This document shows, in pieces, positions 56,515 through 64,000 of a stretch of 64,000 nt of DNA. Numbering within the stretch: the stretch's first letter is position 1; every line of letters starts with the position of its first letter. The stretch is from an uncultured Candidatus Micrarchaeota archaeon (GTDB lineage Archaea > Micrarchaeota > Micrarchaeia > Micrarchaeales > Micrarchaeaceae): contig CAVUGN010000011.1 of the NCBI GenBank assembly GCA_963741095.1, positions 35,541 to 99,540 on the forward strand. Direction: 5' to 3'. Below the pieces are notes generated by a model. The model made no database searches, had not been told where the DNA came from, and saw only the letters and a list, made by a program, of their open reading frames with translations. A program made the translations under genes and the position numbers.

Positions 56515-57675
56515 TCAATCGATGCCGGCACCCTCCTTGGCCGGCGCGCGGTCGTAGCTGATCGAGGTCTTGGCAAACGCAGTGCCCTTCTCTTGCGCCA
56601 CGACTGCCGGCCGTATGTACGATACGTGGCTGTCTGTTATCATCGCGTTTTCGTACTCCAGCTGTATGCGGAAAGCGCCCGCGGGGCCGGTCAGCCCCTT
56701 CCTCACGCAATACTCGTTGTCGCCGTCCTGGAAGCTGCCCGGCTGGAAGACCATCACTCCATGGTCCTTGCCCTGGTAATAAGTGTGGTAGTGGCCCAGC
56801 AGGAGCACGTGCGGCACGTCTTCAAGGTCCTCCCTCTCCAGGCCGCGGAAATAGTCGCGCAGGTAGGTCTGGCTCGGATAGGATGTTGCATAGGCCCTGC
56901 CCCCTGCCCCGTGGAGCAGCCTGATCTTTATCCCGTGGTACACAACGTCCGCCATGAAATCACCTAAGTTCTTGAAGTTGTCCGCCTTCTTCTCAAGGAT
57001 TGCGAGCGGCTTGACCCCGTTCTGCTGCGTGAAGGAGTAGTCGTGGTTACCCGCGATGCCCCAGAACTCCAGTGTCGGATGCTTGGAGAAGGCCTCTGCA
57101 GCCATGTCTGCCTGCTCGTTCACTCCCCATCTGGTCAGGTTGACCTCATGTCCCTTGTATATCTTCACGCCGTCCAGCAGGTCGCCGCTTATGTACACCC
57201 TGGTTATCCCATTCTGCTCCAGGCCCTTCATAGACTCGTGGAAGGACTTTGGCAGATGGAACACGCTTGCGAAATGGAGGTCGCTAACGTATCCGAAATC
57301 CATGGTCCTATGCTTTTTGTCAGGTCCGCTTATGTAGTAGACGTTGTGTGCATCGGGGAGCTGGTTTATGTAATAAAACACATCTCCGGTGCTCTTCGAC
57401 TGTGTTGCAATCACCTGTATCTCCTTTTTCCGGAGCATCTTTATGTACGCTTCAAGATCATCCTTCGGCATCTTGAGCTTGGCCGACAGCTCGTCCAGCG
57501 TGGATTTGTGGTTCTTTAGGCGGGATATGAACTTTCGTTCGAACTCCTCCTCTTTTCGAAGCCCCATACCCGACTTTTCATTCTTTGCATCGCTTCTACC
57601 ACCAATCGGCGCGGATGCTGTCTCTTTCACTTCTATGCGTGTCTTCTCGTGCTGACTCGTGGTCGTGTTTCTCAT
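56515..57675 (-). CDS. Calcineurin-like metallophosphoesterase with N-terminal HTH
   Basis: SDLH, GDLLDG, GNHD, HG, GHYH. Confidence 0.85.
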   Translation of the reverse strand: MRNTTTSQHEKTRIEVKETASAPIGGRSDAKNEKSGMGLRKEEEFERKFISRLKNHKSTLDELSAKLKMPKDDLEAYIKMLRKKEIQVIATQSKSTGDVFYYINQLPDAHNVYYISGPDKKHRTMDFGYVSDLHFASVFHLPKSFHESMKGLEQNGITRVYISGDLLDGVKIYKGHEVNLTRWGVNEQADMAAEAFSKHPTLEFWGIAGNHDYSFTQQNGVKPLAILEKKADNFKNLGDFMADVVYHGIKIRLLHGAGGRAYATSYPSQTYLRDYFRGLEREDLEDVPHVLLLGHYHTYYQGKDHGVMVFQPGSFQDGDNEYCVRKGLTGPAGAFRIQLEYENAMITDSHVSYIRPAVVAQEKGTAFAKTSISYDRAPAKEGAGID

Positions 57676-58081
57676 TTTTTCACCCAAACAGAATTTGTGG
57701 TCCGCACGGGCAGCGCTGACGCTGGCCCGTTTATCCGGTCGACAAAAAAGATGCATGACTTTAGATTTGGTCCGTCAACGTGCTTGCACGCCAAACAGCA
57801 GTATTTTGCTTTGACTTGGTCGCCCCCTCCACTTCTCATTAATGAAAGGAAATAGTAGGCAACGCTTTAAAATGTGCCGCAGCAGAAATTTTTGTCCAGC
57901 AAGGCATTTAGATTTTCGGTGCGATATAATCATAGTTCATTTGTCCTGCAGCGATAACGGGATTTGGCAAAGGCATTTATGCCTTGGCTGCGACAATGAA
58001 TATGTTCTTTTCTATCCCTGCGTAACGCAAATGCACGGCAATGACGTCGATTTTTCACGCATCCAAAGCCCGCCTTCAGAG

Positions 58082-59089
58082 TCACTCAATCTTCAGCTGC
58101 TTCACTATGACTCCGGCTTCCTTGAGCAGTTGCACCGCAACTTCGCCCAACGGATAGTCCGCGTTGTAGACAACCTCAACGATGCCGCTGTTGATTATCA
58201 TCTTGGTGCACCACAAGCATGGCGAGAACGTCGTGTAGATCGTAGAGCCCTTTATGCTTATGCCATGGTAGGCCGCTTGGACTATCGCGTTCTCCTCTCC
58301 ATGGGAACAGAAGCACTCGTCCAGCTTCGTTCCGGTGTTCGTGTAATTGTTGCACCTAGGGCATCCTCCTTCGTCGCAGTTCTTTATGCCCCTCGGCGTG
58401 CCGTTGTAGCCGGTTGAAACAATCCTCTTGTCCCTGACTATTATGGCGCCTATGTGCCGCTTCATGCAGCTGCTCCTTGTCGATACGACCTTGGCTATGC
58501 TCATGAAGTACTCGTCCCATCCGGGCTTTGTCGGCTTGAACTTCTTCGAGAACTCTCCCAGCAGGTTGTCTATCTTCTCGTAGAAGCCCATCAGGTCAGA
58601 ATCGTTGATTATCGTTTTGTCGGCCAGTTTGGCCGTTTCCATAAGCTGGTGCTTGGTCTTGTCAGTGTTCTTAGTCACTGTCTTCTCAAGTTTCAGGAAC
58701 GCATCGTAAGTGTTAGGATCATTCTCCCTGCCCCTGGCCTTCATCCTCTCGAACCTGATCTGCGGAGGCGCGGTTACGTGAACAAGGAAGAACCCCTTCA
58801 GCTTCCTGAGCTCCTCCACTTCCGCGGGGTTCATTATCGAGTCTACAACATAATTCCTGTCATTTTTGATCTTTGGAATGCTCTTCTTCGCGAGAACTCC
58901 GGCTCCGAACTCCTTCCTGAGCGCATTCCCCTTCTCGATGAGCGCGTCTCTCGTGACCTCCCTTCCTTCGGCGGCGATCTCCTCCCTTATCACGTCCGAC
59001 AGGGACAGGAAATAGAAGCCCTTCTTTGCCAGGTAATCGGCAAAAGTGCCCTTTCCGGCGCAATGCTCGCCCGTAAGTCCTATGATCAT
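58082..59089 (-). CDS. P-loop kinase-like domain fused to dCMP deaminase
   Basis: GLTGEHCAGKGT; WDEYFM, TGYNG, HGEEN, PCLWC. Confidence 0.9.
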   Translation of the reverse strand: MIIGLTGEHCAGKGTFADYLAKKGFYFLSLSDVIREEIAAEGREVTRDALIEKGNALRKEFGAGVLAKKSIPKIKNDRNYVVDSIMNPAEVEELRKLKGFFLVHVTAPPQIRFERMKARGRENDPNTYDAFLKLEKTVTKNTDKTKHQLMETAKLADKTIINDSDLMGFYEKIDNLLGEFSKKFKPTKPGWDEYFMSIAKVVSTRSSCMKRHIGAIIVRDKRIVSTGYNGTPRGIKNCDEGGCPRCNNYTNTGTKLDECFCSHGEENAIVQAAYHGISIKGSTIYTTFSPCLWCTKMIINSGIVEVVYNADYPLGEVAVQLLKEAGVIVKQLKIE

Positions 59090-59204
59090 GTAACCCCCGC
59101 GTAATCCTTCTCTAATAAAAGCTTTAAGCGTGAGCGTTCGATGTCGAAGAACAAAAATTATAAATATCACCAAAAGACAGGATAAGTGGCTGTAAAGTGA
59201 TCAA

Positions 59205-59792
59205 ATGTTCGCGGACATGAGCGCTACATCCGGTCCAAAGGATCCCGGTGCCAGGGAATCAGCGGTTTCGGGCGCGAAGCCGCTCATCGAAGGCGTTCCA
59301 TTCAATGCAATGCCGTACATGATTGCGCGGGTCCGCTGCAAGGACACTAAGGGCAACGGCATCCGCAGGCTGAGCTTCGAGATCGATCTTGCGTATCATC
59401 GGACAAAGGACTACAAGCCGTACTTCCTGGTCGAGGTGTACGAGAATGAGAAGGCGAGACTGCACTTCGGCCTTAAAGAGTATCGCGAATACAACTACTA
59501 CTTCAAGAACGTTGCGGATGGGGTCACGCACCACGGCAGCGGCCTCAGCAACAGGCCCATCAATCCGACGAGACCGCTCAAGACGCTATCGGAAGCGGCA
59601 GATGCAATAAAATGGCAATTCAACTACGAACTGCCGGGTCGCAGCACCCCTGAAAGCAGCGCGGATTCCGATGCCCTAATCAGGAACCTGAAGGCGCTTT
59701 CGGGAATAATGGCCCTCTCCAAGGCCGGCAGCGGATCAAAGGCCGGATTGCCGGGCACCAGCGGGAATTTGCTGCGCGCAACAGAGTCCTGA
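59205..59792 (+). CDS. Hypothetical protein
   Basis: 195-aa ORF with upstream TATA-like box. Confidence 0.5.
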   Translation: MFADMSATSGPKDPGARESAVSGAKPLIEGVPFNAMPYMIARVRCKDTKGNGIRRLSFEIDLAYHRTKDYKPYFLVEVYENEKARLHFGLKEYREYNYYFKNVADGVTHHGSGLSNRPINPTRPLKTLSEAADAIKWQFNYELPGRSTPESSADSDALIRNLKALSGIMALSKAGSGSKAGLPGTSGNLLRATES

Positions 59793-59929
59793 AGCTCAAA
59801 TACCCGGGCAAATCGGGGCCGCAAAAGGACGCACCAAAAGGTCTTTAAATCTGAATTACAGTAATAATAGCACGGAGAAGAAGGCAGAAAAGTCTAATTC
59901 TACGTAAAACAAACAAGAAAGTGAATAGA

Positions 59930-60220
59930 ATGTATCAAAACGAAGGAGGAAGAGAAGGAGGCTCCTATGGTGGGGGCTATGGAGGAAGTGGCGGCTACGG
60001 CGGACGCAGAAGCTCGTACTCGGGCTCTTCGGAACCAAAGCCTGTCAAGGTCGGCGATGAAATTGAGGTCAAGATCGAGGCTGTTGCGTCAAAGGGTGAC
60101 GGCATAGCCAAGAAGGACGGCTTCGTAATATTCATCAAGGGCGCGAAGGAAGGCGACACCGTCAAGATAAGAGTGACGGAAGTCAAGGAAAGGTTTGCGG
60201 TAGGAGAGATAATCTCCTAA
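59930..60220 (+). CDS. Single TRAM-domain RNA-binding protein
   Basis: PVKVGDE..V.IE....KGDGIAK..GFVIF; Gly/Tyr-rich N-terminus. Confidence 0.9.
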   Translation: MYQNEGGREGGSYGGGYGGSGGYGGRRSSYSGSSEPKPVKVGDEIEVKIEAVASKGDGIAKKDGFVIFIKGAKEGDTVKIRVTEVKERFAVGEIIS

Positions 60221-60228
60221 TCGCTCAT

Positions 60229-60254
60229 CTTTTTTTCTATTTTTTTATTTTTTC
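60229..60254 (+). terminator. Oligo-T archaeal terminator
   Basis: Consecutive T tracts directly after the TRAM stop codon. Confidence 0.6.
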
Positions 60255-60389
60255 TTCAGGGGTAGAGCGTGAGCAATCTACAACAGAAAAAGGAATTAAG
60301 AATGAAAAACAGGCGCCGACACGCCCGAAGGAATGCCGACGGCTAATTTGCAAAATAAGAGACGGCATCTTGCGATGCCGCAAACGGAA

Positions 60390-60581
60390 TTACACCTTCT
60401 TTACGCTCTTTGCAGCAGGTCCGCGTTCGCCCTGAACGACCTCGTACTCGACCTTATCGCCGACTGCGAGCGTTGCGCCTCCCTCGATTGAGGTGTTGTG
60501 TACATACACATCCTTTCCGTCCTCGCCCGTGATGAATCCGAATCCACGTGCGGCATTGAACATCTTTACAGTTCCCTTCAT
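60390..60581 (-). CDS. cspA: Cold-shock protein
   Basis: MKGTVKMFN..RGFGFI, DVYVH, GPAA. Confidence 0.92.
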   Translation of the reverse strand: MKGTVKMFNAARGFGFITGEDGKDVYVHNTSIEGGATLAVGDKVEYEVVQGERGPAAKSVKKV

Positions 60582-60722
60582 TGTATCACTTTTAATATTG
60601 TTTTGAAGCCATGGTTTATAAGGTTTTGCCTCACCCATGCCTTCGGGCATTCGGTGCCATTTGTCGATAGCATATAATAATTCTGCAAGAAAAGCAACTA
60701 TGCACAAGCCAAGAATGATTCC

Positions 60723-61412
60723 ATGAAATTCCAGCTCATGCTAGCGCCGATGGAAAGGATAACGGACTGCGCGTTCCGGACGCTGTGCCACAAGAACGGC
60801 GCAGACCTCACCTTCACGGAGATAGCGCGTGTCTCCAACCTCTCCAGGCTCAAGAAGGGCGAGCTCGAACGGATAAGGATCACGGATTCGACCCCCACGC
60901 AGATTCAGCTTGCCGGCGCGCGTGTCGGCGAGTACGAGAAATTTCTGCTCAACTTCAAGCCGGTCGAAGGATTCAAAGGCTTCAACCTGAACCTCGGTTG
61001 CTCATCGCCGGATTTCATAAGGCAGGGCATCGGCGCCGCGATGATAAAAAGAGTTTCAAGAGTGAACGAAATAGCAAAGCTGATAAACAAGCAGGGCTAT
61101 GACTGTTCGGTGAAGCTCCGGCTCGGCCTGGACGAGTACGAGAAGGGCAGGGGCGTCTACCTCAACCTGATCCGCGACGTCGAAGCCTCGTTCTTCATAG
61201 TGCACGCGAGGACCGCCAGGCAGACTCTCAACGATCCGGCCGATTTCTCCGTGTACGCGAGATGCGTCGATACCGGCAAAAAGATAGTGGCAAACGGCGA
61301 CATAAAGACGAAGGAGCAGGTTATCAAGCTCAAGAGGCTGGGCCTTTTCGGGGCGATGATCGGGCGCCCGGCAATAAAGAATCCCAACATCTTCCATGAA
61401 TTAACCGTCTGA
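60723..61412 (+). CDS. dus: tRNA-dihydrouridine synthase family
   Basis: LAPM, NLNLGC, SVKLRLG, VHAR, ANGDI, MIGR. Confidence 0.9.
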   Translation: MKFQLMLAPMERITDCAFRTLCHKNGADLTFTEIARVSNLSRLKKGELERIRITDSTPTQIQLAGARVGEYEKFLLNFKPVEGFKGFNLNLGCSSPDFIRQGIGAAMIKRVSRVNEIAKLINKQGYDCSVKLRLGLDEYEKGRGVYLNLIRDVEASFFIVHARTARQTLNDPADFSVYARCVDTGKKIVANGDIKTKEQVIKLKRLGLFGAMIGRPAIKNPNIFHELTV

Positions 61413-61417
61413 GCGTA

Positions 61418-62224
61418 TCAAAGGTACAAGCACAAATAATCATTGATGACCTTGTAGATCTCGGTGACTCCGCGCCCTCTGAGCATCCCCTCTATCTTGC
61501 GCACGGTATCACCAGTTGCTATCTGGTCATCTACTATCAGCATCGGCTTATTCCTGTTCTGGTCTATGAGCTCGAGATCCTGCGGTGCTACATAAATCTT
61601 ACCTTCCATGCTGCTGCCGTCGCGGAAGACCGAATAGTGGTTCTTGTGGTAGTACGCATCAACGGAATATCCTGCAAGCGCGAAGCCCGACGACTTTCCA
61701 TTCCTCCGGAGTAGCGCGCTGACCTCAGCGGCCAGATAGAACCCGCTGTTCATTACTGGCACAACGAAATAGCCCTCGCTCCTGTCCATCATGGATGACA
61801 TGAACCCCAATGTCCCTATCTTATTACCAGGATAGCAAAGGCACTTCTGCTCCGAACCGACCACCAGCGGTTTGCCGTTGATGAACTCCTTGAAGGATGG
61901 CGCTTTTGGATCAACGATGCACAATCTGCCGTTCATCTCCAATTCGCTCAGTCGAAGATCCCCATAAGTGTCGAACATCGACCTCAATATGCCATAGTTC
62001 TGCGAGACGAATCCCTTAACCTGGGGATCGAAAAGATCCCTCCATGTCTGCCTCAAAGAGTCGTCCATCGATGCGATAACTCCTTGGGACAAATAGCCTT
62101 TCCCAAGAGCTGCATTGTAATCCTCATGCAGGTACGAACCTGCCGGCTCGGTCCCTGAAATTACTTTCGACTGCCTTTCAACCGCAGTCTGCAAATTCTT
62201 TGGAGCCGAGAACATCGATCGCAC
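61418..62224 (-). CDS. Phosphoribosyltransferase-like protein
   Basis: LIVDDQIATGDT PRPP-binding motif. Confidence 0.65.
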   Translation of the reverse strand: MRSMFSAPKNLQTAVERQSKVISGTEPAGSYLHEDYNAALGKGYLSQGVIASMDDSLRQTWRDLFDPQVKGFVSQNYGILRSMFDTYGDLRLSELEMNGRLCIVDPKAPSFKEFINGKPLVVGSEQKCLCYPGNKIGTLGFMSSMMDRSEGYFVVPVMNSGFYLAAEVSALLRRNGKSSGFALAGYSVDAYYHKNHYSVFRDGSSMEGKIYVAPQDLELIDQNRNKPMLIVDDQIATGDTVRKIEGMLRGRGVTEIYKVINDYLCLYL

Positions 62225-62375
62225 CGACCATCCTTACGAGCATCCAGATATTTAGCGATTCTCTTCAGCAACGTCTTTAGACGTAACTTCGGATGCCTGC
62301 AAAATCAATCGTCAATAGACGAAGCCGAGGGCACGGCATAAATATCTCCTCGAAAAGAATAGGTGTTGTGAATTC

Positions 62376-63035
62376 ATGTTAGAAATAAGTAAAAACCAAG
62401 CCGATCAAACATCCGCCAAATCTGCTTCGGTGGAAAAGGTAGCGTATGAGTTGTTCCAGGGGGCAACGGACATCAACATCAGAAAAGAGGACAGGGCTGC
62501 GTTTGCAGAACTTTATCTGAAAAAACTTCCTGATTTCCTCAGAGACGGCGGGATATCCTATCTATTCAAGGCGGAGCGCTTTGACGGAATAAAAATGAAA
62601 AGCATATCGGATAGGGCATCGAGGATTGCCGACTCGATACTCCAGTGGGTCGAGCGCGGGGACTTGGACAGTATAGCAACATCAAAGTCTCCAGAACTCA
62701 AGCTGAACAAGGAAGAGCTGGCCCTGATCGACTCATCCATCATGAGGGCGCTTTCCGCGAAACTCATGAAGGTGGCACTGCAGAACTTCAACGATCCTGC
62801 CTATCGTCAGAAGGGCGGTCGTATGGAAGAGGACCTGCACTTCATCTCCGAAATGCGATCCAAGACCATGCCTTCCAGAAAGGCGCAAGCCAATTCCAAA
62901 TTCGGACCTTTGGCTGAGAACATGATCCTGAGCGCGCTGCATAACAAGAAGGAGGGCGGCTTCTCGACCGCGTTCAAAATATACTCTGCATGCGGAGTCA
63001 ATGCGTTTGAGTTTTTAATATGGAACGCGCAGTAA
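62376..63035 (+). CDS. Hypothetical protein
   Basis: 219-aa ORF. Confidence 0.55.
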   Translation: MLEISKNQADQTSAKSASVEKVAYELFQGATDINIRKEDRAAFAELYLKKLPDFLRDGGISYLFKAERFDGIKMKSISDRASRIADSILQWVERGDLDSIATSKSPELKLNKEELALIDSSIMRALSAKLMKVALQNFNDPAYRQKGGRMEEDLHFISEMRSKTMPSRKAQANSKFGPLAENMILSALHNKKEGGFSTAFKIYSACGVNAFEFLIWNAQ

Positions 63036-63219
63036 CTCTTCACCGGCACTGATGGCATAAACCAGTAAAACGCATCGTGCGCATTCGGCATGAGCGGATT
63101 CTGGCCACAGAATCTTGCAAAGGCATAAATACCGCATCTAGAAAATATTAAATCGGGGTATGATTACGCGCCGCACTTCAGAAAGGCGGCGAGGCAGTTC
63201 CATTTCGGTCTTCAGCTGG

Positions 63220-64000
63220 GTGAATACAACGGAAAACCTTAAAGAGAAGTGTGGAGTTTTCGGTGCTTATTCTTATTCCGGAGCGAATGTCACTTCAATC
63301 ATAATCAAGGGCCTGATGGACTCGCAGAACAGGGGGCAGGAATCTTTTGGCATTGCCGTGAACGGCCAAGTGTACAAGAAAGTCGGTCTTGTATACTATG
63401 GCTACAGGGAAGACAGGGAGAAGATAGACCGGATCGTAGGGTATTCGGGAATAGGCCATGTGAGATACTCGACAATCGGCAGCTCCGAGAGCCCTGCGAA
63501 TTTCCACCCAATGGAGATAAGCTCTTCGTCAGAGAAAATCTGGATAGCGCACAACGGCACCATATCAAACACCGCAGAGATGCGCGAGTTGCTGCGGAAC
63601 GAGGGCATCAAAGTCCGGGAATCAGCAACCGATACGGAACTGTCCGGGCATCTGCTTGCAAGATTCTTCTCGGAAAAGGGGGACTGGGTATCGACATTCA
63701 AACGTTTTGACGAAATCAAGAACGGATCCTATTGCTTTACCATACAGACCGAGAACGGCGACGTAATTGCGGCGAGGGACAGCCGCGGATACAAGCCGCT
63801 CTCCTACGGCCACGACAAGGAGTCCGATACCTACCTGGTGGCCTCGGAGAGCTATGCCCTCAACCATGCCAGTGACATAAAAGACGTGCAGCCCGGCCAG
63901 CTGATAATGTTCAACAAGAACGGCGTCGAATCGCACAGGTTCGCGCCAGTGAAGGAAAGCGCGCTCTGCCTGGTCGAGATGACCTACTTCGCTCGCCCGG
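63220..64000 (+). CDS. purF: Amidophosphoribosyltransferase, 5' part (runs off window; absent from ORF track)
   Basis: Propeptide LKEK then CGVFG, QNRGQES, GHVRYST, AHNG, SDTE; start GTG 63220 or ATG 63160. Confidence 0.9.
   Translation, partial: MNTTENLKEKCGVFGAYSYSGANVTSIIIKGLMDSQNRGQESFGIAVNGQVYKKVGLVYYGYREDREKIDRIVGYSGIGHVRYSTIGSSESPANFHPMEISSSSEKIWIAHNGTISNTAEMRELLRNEGIKVRESATDTELSGHLLARFFSEKGDWVSTFKRFDEIKNGSYCFTIQTENGDVIAARDSRGYKPLSYGHDKESDTYLVASESYALNHASDIKDVQPGQLIMFNKNGVESHRFAPVKESALCLVEMTYFARP

Noticed and set aside
63249-63710. 153-aa plus-strand ORF in the track
   Set aside because: Wrong frame; purF is in another frame and has no stop inside the window.

Overview
Archaeal DNA (TATA-type promoters, GGTGA-like Shine-Dalgarno motifs, HEPN-MNT, archaeal mevalonate-pathway genes; a DPANN/Micrarchaeota-like host is an inference) in two parts. 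Bases ~1-24950 are an accessory island of six tandem, highly diverged copies of one cassette. Each cassette has a 441-498 aa regulator with two Lrp/AsnC modules and an extra N-terminal domain. A convergent, unannotated Gly-rich micro-ORF of 6-13 aa follows every regulator (MEGPGG, MEGGGTGGNG, MGDGGGA, MDGGGPGGG, MDGGGSGGGGGGG, MDGGASG), each behind a near-identical promoter/SD block. A divergent operon starts with a ~105-135 nt rod-like RNA hairpin, continues with small Zn-finger and Lrp-effector-domain genes, and ends in variable cargo: a radical SAM enzyme plus an S9 peptidase with a Cys nucleophile, or a RiPP-like cluster with two SPASM radical SAM enzymes. A TCGA-rich repeat separates three toxin-antitoxin pairs and the cargo blocks. 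The layout suggests an undescribed peptide-regulator signalling or specificity system, but the function is inferred only. Bases ~25000-64000 are mostly housekeeping: ubiX/UbiD/aconitase X, class II lysS, a circularly permuted CcdA, argGH, an ABC transporter, lemA, msrAB, cysteine desulfurase, surE, dCMP deaminase, csp, dus and a partial purF. No rRNA, tRNA, CRISPR array, integrase or transposase was recognised.
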